Shown here piece by piece: positions 1 to 13,372 of a stretch of DNA of 64,000 nucleotides (position 1 is its first letter; each line of letters starts with the position of its first letter). The position numbers and the translations under genes are program-made. The notes under the pieces are model-generated. The model had not been told where the DNA came from, made no database searches, and saw nothing but the letters and a program-made list of their open reading frames with translations. The stretch is from Octopus sinensis (taxonomy: Eukaryota), in contig NC_043001.1 in the NCBI RefSeq assembly GCF_006345805.1, positions 131,068,001 through 131,132,000 on the forward strand, in the 5' to 3' direction.

Positions 1-59
1 GCGGATGGTGCTCTTAGTGCCCCACTAGCATGGGGCACAGGTGCCAGTAAGGCAACACT

Positions 60-105
<46 letters not shown>

Positions 106-155
106 CAAATAAATGAAAGAATGGAGTTGAACGACGAATTAACAAAATTCCTTTA

Positions 156-238
156 TTTTCGACATATGTTTCGAAGGCTGCATATTCCAAATTTCGAAAG
201 AATAAGGGGTGCATTATGCCGCCTTCTCATCAGGAAAA
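156..238 (-). ncRNA. Minimal type I hammerhead ribozyme (Penelope-like element terminus)
   Basis: Minus strand reads TTTTC-CTGATGA-GAAGGCgGCATA-(30 nt)-TATGCaGCCTTC-GAAA-CATATG-TC-GAAAA. Core boxes are intact, stem I is 5 bp, stem II is 6+5 bp, stem III is a palindromic CATATG. Predicted cleavage is after GUC, between 161 and 160. Confidence 0.8.
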
Positions 239-300
239 ACAAGGAACTTATGTCAGCATCAAGATGCACAAAAACTATATATATATATATATATATATAT

Positions 301-415
301 ACGATGGTCTTCTTTCAGTTTCTGTCTACCAAATCCACTTATAAGACTTATAGGACACACTTGAGTTGAGATGTTTGACTAAATTCTTTAAGGCAGTCTC
401 CCAGCATAGCCACAT
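301..415. mobile_element. SINE family A fragments
   Basis: Matches parts of the family A copies seen elsewhere in the window (cttctttcagttt...ctaccaaatccact; cccagcatagccac). Confidence 0.6.
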
Positions 416-473
416 ATGGTGGGAGACATGTTATTTGGTCTCTAATTTATATGTTAATGTTTTGGCACATCCA

Positions 474-536
474 CTGATGAGAACTTCGCCTTGCAAATTA
501 TTTGCTAATTAAAGTTTGAAACCTGAGGTCCAGCTG
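474..536 (+). ncRNA. Hammerhead motif with intact core but broken stem I (probably decayed)
   Basis: CTGATGA(474-480)-GAACTT...AAGTTT-GAAA-CC TGA GG-TC. The 5' flank CATCCA does not pair with the 3' flank CAGCTG. Confidence 0.5.
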
Positions 537-687
537 TAAAACATGGTAAACATTTTTACTTTTCATTCCCTTCGAAATTGCTCTTAACTGTGGTTTTGAT
601 TTTTTGACTGTTCTTTCTAGTATGTTAGGCAACCTGTTAAGGCTCGCCTCTTTGTGTTTATATGTACACTAATTTATATGTATATGC

Positions 688-731
<44 letters not shown>

Positions 732-1003
732 TGTGTGCGTGCAGTACATATGAGAAGGAAGACAAAGAAAATGGAATTCACAAGATTCTTTATTGACCAC
801 TATGATCGTTTTGATCCATTGTGCATAATCCTTTTTGGATGAGATTCTGTGCTAATAGTTGTAGTGTACCATTTGGTGCAGATGTGTTTTGCCAAGTGAT
901 TTGTCAAAAGGCACTTCTTGCTTTAATCTGTTTTATTTATCTCAGCTAGAATAAATTTTGGCATTTTCCTATAGCTAGTGGCATTCAGTGGCATTATATT
1001 AGA

Positions 1004-1046
<43 letters not shown>

Positions 1047-1980
1047 CATGCACACATACACGTGCAAATATATATATATATATACACATACATGTGCATA
1101 TATATATATAAGGTGGTGCCCCAGCATGGCCACACCTTGTGAGCTGAAACTAGATAAAAATAAAAAATAAAAATAAAATATATATATATATATCACACAC
1201 ACATATATGTGCAAATATATATATATATAAAAATACATGTGCAAATATATATATATACATATATCACACACATATATGTGCAAAAAATATATTTATGTAT
1301 ATACACACACATGTACATATACAAATATATACACAGCATATGTTTGTACTAATAAAAAGAAATGTATTCGACTCTGTAATGTAGGAATATAACTTAATTT
1401 AGATTAGGTGATGCCAACACTGGCAACATTACCAATTTCTTTACATGAAAACAATCATGCAATTCTTCAAGCCACCAAATTGGTATAAAGTTCAAAACAA
1501 AAGCAAGCAATATTAATGCATGAAAGCTTTCCTCTCATTAGCTAGGAAAAGTCTCATTTTGATTGCGCATTATCACAAACATTAATTAGCATGAAATCAA
1601 GAGCTTTCATTGCTTGTATTCAGAAAGCTAAAAAATGAACACTCACAAAATCATATATATTACAATTCACTGTCTTTGAAGAAGTTTGTATAACATTTAT
1701 TTTTAGAAACCCTACTTTCTGTCAATAAAGGAATAGAGAAACACAGAAAGTTGAAATGGTGTAGTATTGGCAAAAAGTAGTAGTGTCAATAAAGGACACA
1801 TTAAAAAATACTTTCAGGAGATGTTAAACTGTTCTGCATTCTTTCTTGTGTCTTTTTGATCTATATTTTTCTCTCTTTCATACTTAGGAATAGTGAAATA
1901 CAGATAGAGAATAAGAAACACCCATGCAGAGAAACAGAGAGAAACATAAGAGTGAGAGAGGGAGGAATGTTGGTCTTGAT

Positions 1981-2322
1981 GGTGACCCCCTTCGGTCAGA
2001 CACTGACCATGGATTTGCACCTAGAGTTACCCTCTGAGGCACAAGTCTGGGCAAGGTTGTTTTATGGACGACCAGCAGTCGCCCATGCATACCGGCCTCC
2101 CCTCTCCACGTCACCGATGTTGTCCAAGAGAAATGCAAAGGGGCCGATACAGCTTGGCACCTGTGACGTTGCAACTCATTTCTACAGCTGAGTGAACTGG
2201 AGCAACGTGAAATAAAGTGTCTTGCTCAAGAATACAACACGCAGCCCGGTCCAGGATTTGAGCTCACAACCTCACGATCGTAAGCTCAACGCTCTAACCA
2301 CTGAGCCATGCACCTTCACACA
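1981..2322 (-). mobile_element. tRNA-headed SINE, family C
   Basis: Minus strand begins gtgaaggtgcatggctcagtggttagag...gtgagctcaaatcc (A/B-box-like). 10-bp TSD tggtcttgat at 1971-1980 and 2323-2332. Related copies at about 12010 and 35175. Confidence 0.85.
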
Positions 2323-2583
2323 TGGTCTTGATAGCTGTGATGTATTGATATAAACAGTTTGTAGTAGAAATCCTGCTTGCATAGACCTTCAAATCAAATA
2401 ACTTGAGAAATGCTGAGTATATTACACGATATAATGTAATCTCTGATATACGACAAAGATGGGTTGGCACCACCTTGAAGGCTTTTAACAGGAGATTTGG
2501 TCCACCAGGACTTACTATGGGCAAAATACCACCACACATACACGCACCCACATCCTCACACATATATATCTTGTACAAGCACA

Positions 2584-2816
2584 GGCGGTGAGCTGGCAGA
2601 AATGTTAGCATGCCGGGCGAAATGCTTAGCGGTATTTCGTCTGCCGCTACATTCTGAGTTCAAATTCCGCCGAGGTCGACTTTGCCTTTCATCCTTTCAG
2701 GGTCAATAAATTAAGTACCAGTTACGCACTGGGGTCAATGTAATTGACTTAATCCGTTTGTCTGTCCTTATTTGTCCTCTCTGTGTTCAGCCCCTTGTGG
2801 GTAGTAAAGAAATAGG
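2584..2816 (+). mobile_element. SINE family B
   Basis: ggcggtgagctggcagaaatgttagc...gagttcaaattcc...gcctttcatcctttc...ggtagtaaagaaata. About 9 related copies in the window. Confidence 0.85.
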
Positions 2817-3140
2817 TACAAGCACACACACACACATGTGCTGGCCTTGAGGCTCACCACACACTAGAGCACCACCAGCTTCCTGTAAAGTCATGCGGTC
2901 CAAGGAATTCTCCTTTGTAATGCATCAGATGTAGCTGAAATGCTGATCTCACTTCTAACAATACTATGTAACCCACCCTGACCAATATCAGCCCATTTTC
3001 CAGTTGCCATCCTGAACTTCCTGTACTTCTCCATTCAGTACTCTGAGCCTGAATGAGCCAGGTTTCTGTAAGAAGCCAGCAAAACTTTAAGTGACATTGA
3101 ACAGAAACTGTTTTTAAGAATAATAATGTAACTTCAACTC

Positions 3141-3520
3141 AGGAGTGGCTATGTGGTAAGTAGCTTGCTAACCAACCACATGGTTCCAGGTTCAGTCCCA
3201 CTGCGTGGCATCTTGGGCAAGTGTCTTCTGCTATAGCCCCGGGCCGACCAAAGCCTTGTGAGTGGATTTGGTAGACGGAAACTGAAAGAAGCCTGTCGTA
3301 TATATGTATATATAAGTGTGTGTGTTTGTCCCCCTAGCATTGCTTGACAACCGATGCTGGTGTGTTTACGTCCCCGTCACTTAGTGGTTCAGCAAAAGAG
3401 ACCGATAGAATAAGTACTGGGCTTACAAAGAATAAGTCCCGGGGTCGATTTGCTGGACTAAAGGTGGTGCTCCAGCATGGCCGCAGTAAAATGACTGAAA
3501 CAAATAAAAGAGTAAAAGAG
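3141..3520 (+). mobile_element. SINE family A (tRNA-like head, internal (TA)n(TG)n, (GTAAAAGA)n tail)
   Basis: ggagtggctatgtggtaag...ggttcagtcccac head and agtaaaagag tail. Dozens of near-identical copies in the window. Confidence 0.9.
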
Positions 3521-3545
3521 TATATATATTATACATACATATATA

Positions 3546-3922
3546 CTCTTTTACTCTTTTAGATGTTTCAGTCATTTGACTGCGGCCATGCTGGAGCACC
3601 GCCTTTAGTCGAGCAAATCGACCCTGGGAATTATTCTTTGTAAGCCCAGTACTTATTCTATCGGTCTCTTTTGCCGAACCACTAAGTGACGGGGACGTAA
3701 ACACACCAGCATCGGTTGTCAAGCAATGCTAGGGGGACAAACACACACACACACTTATATATATATACATATATACGACAGGCTTCTTTCAGTTTCTGTC
3801 TACCAAATCCACTCACAAGACATTGGTCGGCCCGGGGCTATAGCAGAAGACACTTGCCCAAGATGCCACGCAGTGGGACTGAACCCGGAAACATGTGGTT
3901 GGTTAGCAAGCTACTTACCACA
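3546..3922 (-). mobile_element. SINE family A, inverted relative to 3141-3520
   Basis: Reverse-complement copy starting ctcttttactc and ending gcaagctacttaccaca. Confidence 0.9.
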
Positions 3923-3989
3923 TGTTTGATATACATGTATATTTAATGCATATGTGCCAGTGCACATATGCATTTGTCATACCCAGTGT

Positions 3990-4700
3990 TGAATGGTAGA
4001 CAAAGTTATAAAAAAAGATCTGGCCTAAACCTATAAACACATCAGAAATGATTAGAAAAATTTCTTAAAACTAAATTATAAAAGAAAAATAGAAAAAGAA
4101 ACATAAACGAGTAAGCATAAATAATAAGCAATCATATATATATATAAAAAAAATCTTGATAAAATAGCTACGAGAATACATACAATGTCAAAATTACTTA
4201 CAAATGTAGTTGAATAGAGATGTTTCATTCAGATAAAAATCATCATATGCAAAAGCTAACATTCTATTTTCAAATGTAACACTCAAATATCGACAAAATT
4301 GAGAAAAATATCTTTATAAAGAACCAGACAGCTAACGAGGCTAAAACTAAAAAAAACCCAAAAACAGACAAAAAACAGGCAAACAAAAGAAGACAACTGA
4401 AACAAAAGTACAATATGACGAAATATCTAAGTTAATAAATAAATGCCTCTGAATATGCTCACATTCCAATGGAAATATATAGACTATACAAACATATATT
4501 TATATATATATATATAACGATAACTCTGCTCAACATAAACATAACGACGTAAGAAATTTGAAAAGCTAAACGCGAAACCGGTCTTTCTTCTAAACTATGT
4601 CATTGTAACAAAAAAATTTATAATATTCTTCAGACATATTGACTCAAAAATATATATTTTTTAACCTTTTAAAACAAGCCTTCTGTAGTTTTTTCACTTT
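3990..4700 (+). mobile_element. Possible decayed Penelope-like element 3' region
   Basis: A-rich coding-like strand bias ending in a fossil hammerhead motif (cgcGAAAccggTC at 4571-4583). No GIY-YIG motif is readable. Confidence 0.3.
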
Positions 4701-4712
4701 TTACTATTTTCT

Positions 4713-4757
<45 letters not shown>

Positions 4758-4759
<2 letters not shown>

Positions 4760-5155
4760 TGCAGGAGTGGCTGTGTGGTAAGTAGCTTGTCTACTAACCA
4801 CATGGTTCCAGGTTCAGTCCCACTGCGTAGCATCTTGGGCAAGTGTCTTCTGCTATAGCCCCGGGCCGACCAATGCCTTGTGAGTGGATTTGGTAGACGG
4901 AAACTGAAAGAAGCCTGTCGTATATATGTATATATATATATATGTATGTGTGTGTGTATCTGTTTGTGTGTCTGTTGCTCAACAACTGATGCTGGTGTGT
5001 TTACGTCCCCATCACTTAGCGGTTCAGCAAAAGAGACCGATAGAATAAGTACTGGGCTTACAAAAGAATAAGTCCCGGGGTCGATTTGCTCGACTAAAGG
5101 CGGTGCTCCAGCATGGCCGCAGTCAAATGACTGAAACAAGTAAAAGAGTAAAAGA

Positions 5156-5215
<60 letters not shown>

Positions 5216-5386
5216 GGTGCAGGAGTGGCTGTGTGGTAAGTAGCTTGTCTACTAACCACATGGTTCCAGGTTCAGTCCCACTGCGTAGCATCTTGGGCAA
5301 GTGTCTTCTGCTATAGCCCCGGGCCGACCAATGCCTTGTGAGTGGATTTGGTAGACGGAAACTGAAAGAAGCCTGTCGTATATATG

Positions 5387-5417
<31 letters not shown>

Positions 5418-5615
5418 ATCTGTTTGTGTGTCTGTTGCTCGACAACCGATGCTGGTGTGTTTACGTCCCCGTCACTTAGCGGTTCAGCAAAAGAGACCGA
5501 TAGAATAAGTACTGGGCTTACAAAAGAATAAGTCCCGGGGTCGATTTGCTCGACTAAAGGCGGTGCTCCAGCATAGCCGCAGTCAAATGACTGAAACAAG
5601 TAAAAGAGTAAAAGA

Positions 5616-5617
<2 letters not shown>
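4758..5617 (+). mobile_element. Two tandem SINE A copies (4758-5157, 5216-5617)
   Basis: Both copies share private variants (cttgtctactaacc, gcgtagcatc, ctgttgctc) and are separated by (TA)n. Confidence 0.9.
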
Positions 5618-5663
<46 letters not shown>

Positions 5664-5799
5664 GAAGGTTGATATCAACACTGGTGTATGATTCCTTATA
5701 TGCATATACAAAGACTCTTATACATACTTGATTCATAATATATAAATAACTATTCTGGTTTTCTTCCTGTGTATATTAACATATACATCTTTTTTATCT

Positions 5800-6125
5800 T
5801 TTAGTTGTTTCAGTCATTTGTCTGTGGCCATGCTGGAGCACCACCTTGAAGCATCTTTTAGTTGAATGCATCAACCCTAGTACTTGTTTTTTTCTTTATT
5901 AGCCTAGTTGTGTGTCTGTGTTTGTCCCCCACCCACCAACATCGCTTGACAACCGATGCTGGTGTATTTACATCCCCATAACTTGGAGGTTCAGCAAAAG
6001 AGGCCGATAGAATAAGTACTAGGCTTACAAAGAATAAGTTCTGGAGTCGATTTGCTCAACTAAAGGTAGTGCTCCAGTATTGCCGCAGTCAAATGACTGA
6101 AACAGGAGTAAAAGAGTAAAAGAGT
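5800..6125. mobile_element. SINE A 3' fragments (minus 5800-5895, plus 5900-6125)
   Basis: Similarity to the family A body and tail. Confidence 0.7.
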
Positions 6126-6216
6126 CTCTTTTGACAGACCGCTAAATTATGTGGGTGTGAACACAAAAATTGTTAAGTGGTGGTGGGAGACAAACACAGG
6201 AACAAAGAAACACACG

Positions 6217-6590
6217 TACTCTTTTACTTGTTTCAGTCATTTGACTGCGGCCATGCTGGAGCACCGCCTTTTTTAATCGAGCAACTCAACCCCGGGACTT
6301 ATTCTTTTGTAAGCCCAGTACTTATTCTATCGGTCTCTTGTGCCGAACTGCTAGGTAACGGGGACATAAACACACCAGCACCGGTTTTCAAGCAATGCTA
6401 GGGGGACAAACACAGACACACAAACACACACATGCATATATATATATATACATATATACGACGGGCTTCTTTCAGTTTCCGTTTACCAAATCCACTCACA
6501 AGGCTTTGGTCAGCCTGAGGTTATAGGAGACTGAACCTGGAACCATGTGGTTGGTAAACAAGCTACTTACCACACAGCCACTCCTGCACG
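6217..6590 (-). mobile_element. SINE family A
   Basis: Reverse-complement family A with internal deletion. Confidence 0.85.
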
Positions 6591-7165
6591 TGTATGTATA
6601 TATATATAAATATATCATCAGTAATTCATATATCCAAAACAGAAGCGCACTCTAAATTATTAGAGTAGTAATGAAACCAGTTGTGCACATAGACACATAT
6701 ATATGTGTACACTCTGTAAATTAGCCAACAACAGGAAGGGCATCCAGTAATAGAAATCATGCTAAAGCAAACAATGGAGTTTGATGCAGTTCTCACACCC
6801 TGTAAAACAGGAATATGAAAGTTAAATGATGATAATGATGATGAGGCACAGGTGTGGGCTGTGAGACTAAGAAGTTTGGTTCCCAACCAAATGGTTTCTG
6901 GTTTAAGCCCAATGTGTGGTACCTTGCACAAATGATTTCTAATATAGCTCAAGGTTTTTGTGATTGGATTCATTTAACAGAAACTGAAAGAGACTGTCAT
7001 GCATGTATATGTACATCCATATGTATCAATGTACATATGGATATACATACATATGACTGAATGAATGAATGGATGGATGGACAAATGGAGAAGTGTATTT
7101 ATATGTAAGTATGTATGAACAATATGTATGTGTAGGCATGAAATGTAAGTGAATCTATATGTATA

Positions 7166-7545
7166 CTCTTTACTCTTTTTTACTTGTTTCAGTCATTTGA
7201 CTGTGGCCATGCTGGAGCACCGCCATTAGTCGAGCAACTCGACTCCGGGACTTATTCTTTGTAAGCCCAGTACTTATTCTATCGGTCTCTTTTGCCGAAC
7301 TGCTAAGTGACGGGGACATAAACACAGCAATGCTAGGGGGACAAACACAGACACACAAACATATATATATACATATATACGACGGGCTTCTTTCAGTTTC
7401 CGTCTACCAAATCCACTCACAAGGCTTTGGTCGGCCCAAGGCTATAGTAGAAGACACTTGCCCGAGGTGCCATGCAGTGGGACTGAACCCAGAACCATGT
7501 GGTTGGTAAGCAAGCAACTTACCACACAGCCGCTCCTGCGCCTAT
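7166..7545 (-). mobile_element. SINE family A
   Basis: Full reverse-complement copy. Confidence 0.85.
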
Positions 7546-8199
7546 ACCTGTATTTATATGAATGAGTTTGTATTTCCCTTGGCTTCACTAGTTAGTAGAC
7601 AATGAGTATCATTTTTTGCTGGCTATCCACCAAAAAACATCTCCAGGTTTCTTGACAAGTTACATATAACTGTGACCTTTGTGCCCTCTGTGTTCCCAGT
7701 TCCTCACATAAAACATGTCCAGGCTGTTTCCTTGATAGACTGGCAAATTATTATTCTGCTTGGGAACCAGTCAGGTTGGAAACAGGAAGGGCACCTGGGG
7801 ATAGAAAACTCTACTCATACTTATTCCACTCTAACCCATGCAAGCATGGAGATTAGACATGATGATGATGAACATGATGAGTATGCATGTAAATATATGA
7901 TGTATGAGTATATATTTCATGTTCGTCTCTGCTCAAGTGAAATAATATTGGCATTCGTTGTCGATATTGTGACATCACTCTAGGGCATTTGAATGCCTGT
8001 GGAATGGAATAAAGAAATCCCTTATGTAAAAGAAAAAAAAAAAAAAGGTAAGGGTTGGTGACAGGATGAACATCAGGCTGTGAAATTCCACCTTTGCTAA
8101 ACTTCAAACCAAATCTAGTCTAACAAAATAGAAATTATATGAATGAACAAGTATACAAACATATACATACATACATTCATATATGTGTACATTTATTTA

Positions 8200-8651
<452 letters not shown>

Positions 8652-9822
8652 CTGTAGACATATATGTGTTAATATGCTTATATTTGTGTGTATGTGCATG
8701 GGGGGGGAGTGAGTGAGAGAGAGAGAGAGAAAGAGATTCTATATCTTTTCACTTTAGCAAATAAATAAATTTAATGTTTAAACATCTATCACTAAATCTT
8801 TCATCCTTTCTATTTCTTTTGGTTCTTTATCCACCCCAAAATTATTCTATGAAAGAATATTGGCATTCAATATGAAAGCAGAAGTTGTTGCAATAACATC
8901 AAATGCACAAACTGATTGCCTGTATCAAAGTCTTTCTTTCCTCCTCAGAATCATTATTTTTCATAATGTATATATTTATTCTAAGTATATTTTCCAAACA
9001 TGTCATGTCAGCTAAGCGTTCATAAATTGATATACATATGTAAACATTACAATTCAATATATGTATATCAGCTAATATTGATTTACATAAATATAAATGT
9101 TTGAACTTTTATGATATTTGTGGCGTATGGTTATGTGTATGTAATGCATATGTGTATATATGTGTGTGTGTGTGTGTGCACAGAGACACACAAGGATATA
9201 CATGTGTATATATATATTATATATATATATATATATATATGTACTCTCAAGAGTGTATGGTATAGTGGGAGATAAAGAATAGGTGAGGCATACATACACA
9301 CACGTGTATGTGTGTGTATGTATGTATATATATATATATATATATATATAAAGATATACATGCATACATATATTTTCGTACGTGTATATCCTTCATCCTT
9401 ATTTCTATGCTAGAAAAGCCTAGATGAATATATTATGGTAGCATTGTCATATAGCAAGATGTCCTTTCTGTTGCTAGCCCTTACCTGCTTTCACATCCCT
9501 TCAAAAGTGCAAAGTGAATGACTTTCTGGCAGGCAAAGTGACAACAGAGCCACACACAGCAAGTGACTTCTCACAGAGTACAAAAATAAAGGAACACACA
9601 CAAGTGCATGCATACATGCACCCAACATCTTTCACTTTCACTTTCCTAACCCCCACATACACAAGGGTTTGGCCAACCTAGGCTGTTAGTAGAAGACTCA
9701 TAACATGGCACCGTGTTGTGGGTCTGAAACCAAAACCCAATGGTTGGGAGGAAAAAAAATCTTCTTGCCGGCAAGTAAATAAATAAATAAAAATACATAT
9801 ATGTATATATGTATATGTATAA

Positions 9823-10040
9823 GGTGGTGAGCAAATAGGATGGTTAGCACACCAGGCAAAATGCTTAGTGGCACTAACTGGCTTTACGTTCTGAGTTCAA
9901 ATTCCACCCAGGAGAACTTTGCCTTTCATCTTTTGGGGTCGATAAATTAAGTACCAGTGAAACACTGGGATCGATGGAATCAACTATTCTCCTCCCCTAA
10001 AATTTCAGGCCTTGTGCCTTTAGTAAAAAGGATTATTATT
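9823..10040 (+). mobile_element. SINE family B variant with (ATT)n tail
   Basis: B head and body, then cctcccctaaaatttcaggccttgtgcc and attattatt. Same variant at 63140-63370. Confidence 0.75.
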
Positions 10041-10966
10041 ATTATTGAGTGAGAGAGCAGTGCTTGCCGTCAAAGTGACACCGGGGTAGAATATACAAAA
10101 TCCAGTATACCCATCATGACTACCTGTCTGGTAAGGGCACACCAGGCACATGTACTACAACCACATGTGTGCGACATGGTGCTCTCATATCAAGATCAAC
10201 AGCACATGACCTTGCAAGTGGGGCCCAGTTAGAATTTTTTTCAGTTTGAGTAGCCCATCCTGATCAAAAGGTCCCTGAATAGGGGTTATTTAAGGATGTT
10301 GAATGAAATACCCATGTTTCCAAAGGTGAATTATTCAAACCCTAAAGAATCCCTCTCAACACATGGCTATAATGCTCCCCCACTACTTCTGCTCATGATC
10401 AGAAATGCACATATCGTCAGCCACTAAGGGCATGCTCAACTGGTTATGGTCAAACAACTGACAAGCAGATTTGCGGTATAGAGCAGAATATTTGCTGTAG
10501 CCCATCTTTTATACCAACACAAAACAATGTACATGATAACACTTCCAAAGAGGTGAGAAGCCATGAGAGCCATTGCCTGGTACTGCATCAGGGCATTTAT
10601 TATTATTATTATTGTTATTATTATTATTTTGCTTAGGAATAGCAGTAATAATAATCTGGTGTTAGAACACAAAATATATGTTTCAGAACAAAGCATCAGT
10701 TGAGTAATATGAAATTAAACAAATGACAAGGGAATAAGAATTTATGTAATGAACTTCATTAGCTTACAGCTGTTTCGGTTATAAGATCCAATGCACTCAT
10801 AGTTTAGTGCTTGTGTATCAACCTATAGCTTTACTGGAGCTTGGAAACTGAAGTGCTATTTTATTTGGGTGATACATATAAACTCACTTATGAGTCTTTT
10901 GCATCTTATAGCAGAAACAGCAGTAAGCTAATGTAGTTAATGATGTAATTTCATATTCTATTATCA

Positions 10967-11355
10967 GTGGCTGTGTGGTAAGTAGCTTGCTTACCAACCA
11001 CATAGTTCCGAGTTCAGTCCCACTGCATGACACCTTGGGCAAGTGCCTTCTATTATAGCCTCGGGCCGACCAAAGCTTTGTAAGTGGATTTGGTAGATGG
11101 AAACTGAAAGAAGCCTGTCATAAATATGTATGTATGTATGTGTGTGTATATGTTTGTGTGTGTGTGTCCCAACATCACTTGACAAGCAATGCTGGTGTGT
11201 TTACATCCCCATAAATTAGCGGGTCGGCAAAAAAGACTGATAGAATAAGTACTAGGCTTACAAAGAATAAGTCGTGGGGTCGAGTTGCTCAACTAAAGGC
11301 GGTGCTCCAGCATGGCTGCAGTCAAATGACTGAAACAAGTAAAAGAATAAAAGAA
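10967..11355 (+). mobile_element. SINE family A
   Basis: Full family A copy. Confidence 0.85.
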
Positions 11356-11770
11356 TTTATTTTATCTATTAAATGCTGTTAATTTGTTCCATTTTGAATG
11401 CTGGCATAGGTTGGTCAGGTATTTATTTGATGTATTATTTTCTGCTCTTCTTGTCCCCAATCATTACCTACAAGTAAAGGGATTTTTTGTCCTACTACCC
11501 TGGGTTGGAATGTAAAGTTGTAAAACTTAACATTCATCAAAAAATGTAAATACAGGAAAATTAAATTTTGGTCCAGCTCATGTGGAAAACAGAAATGATA
11601 ACTTTTACTCACACACACACACACATATACTAACCAACACACATGCATATACAAACATATAGTGAAAAATCAAAGTGGAACATGAAAATTATTAATGAAA
11701 AAGAGAAAAAGAAGAAGCAAATCTTTACAAAAGCCATGAAGATCAGAAATAATGGATGTTTGGTACTTAA

Positions 11771-11895
11771 CCCTTTAGTATTCACATTATTCTGTCAGAA
11801 GTAATGTATGTAATTGTAGGGTTGGTGTGAGAGGCCAGATCCGGTTGGTCAGTTGGATTATAAAACAGAATATTTTGGCCAGATACAGCTGGATA
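11771..11895 (-). mobile_element. Truncated piggyBac-like MITE (family of 15496-16103)
   Basis: TTAA|CCCTTTAGTATTCACATTATTCTGTC terminus. Interior matches the reverse complement of 15520-15590. Confidence 0.6.
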
Positions 11896-12009
11896 AAGGC
11901 CAAGAAATTAAAACACTTTAAAACTCCATGTTCATTTCTTTTTCTTCTCCATAAATCCTTTCTACATTCCACTTACATCTTCATGGCTAGATTTATAGTG
12001 CACAGATCA

Positions 12010-12262
12010 TTCCTATGAATACTGGCTATATATCCATACATACCAATGGCTCCACACTATTAATGTCATCCAAGGGAAAGCAAAGGCCGATACAGCTTGG
12101 TACCAGTGACATCACAACACATTTCTACAACTGAATCAACTGGAACAATGTGAAATAAAGTGTCTTGCTCAAGAACACAACACATAACTTGGTCCAGAAA
12201 TTGAACTCTCTACCTCATGATTGTGAGCCCAATGCTCAAACAACTGAGCTATGTGCCTTCAT
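12010..12262 (-). mobile_element. SINE family C, decayed
   Basis: gatacagcttggtaccagtgac...gtgtcttgctcaagaacacaac...ctgagctatgtgccttc, matching 1981-2322. Confidence 0.75.
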
Positions 12263-12279
12263 GAAAACCCACACACATA

Positions 12280-12335
<56 letters not shown>

Positions 12336-13335
12336 TACACACATGTATAAGCACACACATACATGCATATTTGTATGTACCTCTGTGTATACAGAACTAG
12401 TTTATTAATTTTCTTACATTCTTTGTAAACATTCAGATTTATTGAAACAAAATTAATTAAAAAATTATTTCATTTTATATTTCTTCTTTTCATTTCATTA
12501 TCTTATTCTTATTAGTAATGTTGTAATTTCATTAGCTGATCCACATACCAGCTTTTGTTTAAAGAATATGTTGAAAAACCTTCAAGTTTTTCAAAATTTG
12601 CTCATGAATAATTTTATATATATACATATATATATGTAAATTTTGTGCGTGTATGTATAATGTCTACGTTTGTGTGTTCACGTCCCCATGTGTGCATGTG
12701 TACATATACATTTTATCTTTGTAAAGAGAAAGGATCTTGAAACTAATAAAGATAATAAATAAATGGGAATTATTCCCATCTATTTATTTGTCTATATTGA
12801 TTTCTAAAAAGAAAACACAAACAGTCACCTGTTTACAATTTCTGACTGAACAAATCTTACACAAATTTGTTCATATTTATAAAATCAAAATACAGTTGCA
12901 TGCGTTGTTTATTGAATTTTTCCATCTTTTAAATATACAAATATATCTTTCAGTACAAAATCTCTAATTAGAATTCCTATACTTAAAGAATTATTTATAA
13001 ATTTATTCTCATTTTGAAAAGAATTTTTGATACATGAAAACTCTTGAAATTCTAAAGCTTCATTTTTGTGCAGAAAAATATTTTATTTCTAAAGATATTT
13101 TAAATTCAACAAAAGAAGCATGGTAAACTCTGAAAAGTATATTTTAAATAAAATATAAATATGACATTGAAATTCAGAAAAATTGCTATATGAGTATAAA
13201 TTTATATTCTAATAAGATTCATATGTTTTATTTTTTCTTTGCTTTAAATTTTATCTATAATGTCGCTACACACATTTACATTAACGAATGCCTCGTTATT
13301 TTATTCCTTTCTTGTATATCGCTGTCTTCAACTAG

Positions 13336-13372
13336 ACCGTCAGGACTACAAAGAATTTCTAATTCAAATTAC
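13336..13372 (+). CDS. Candidate 37-nt internal exon of an unidentified gene
   Basis: Polypyrimidine tract plus AG, then GTATGT donor. One open frame reads (D)RQDYKEFLIQIT. No homology established. Confidence 0.25.

Noticed and set aside
3149-3946. Recurrent ORFs such as MSSNARGTNT..., MTTDAGVFTS..., FDCGHAGAPPL...
   Set aside because: Translations of SINE A copies, repeated wherever the SINE occurs.
10047-10600. GC-richer segment abutting (ATT)n at both ends, possibly a LINE 3' UTR or another SINE
   Set aside because: Single copy in the window with no ORF or TSD, so it cannot be classified from the sequence alone.
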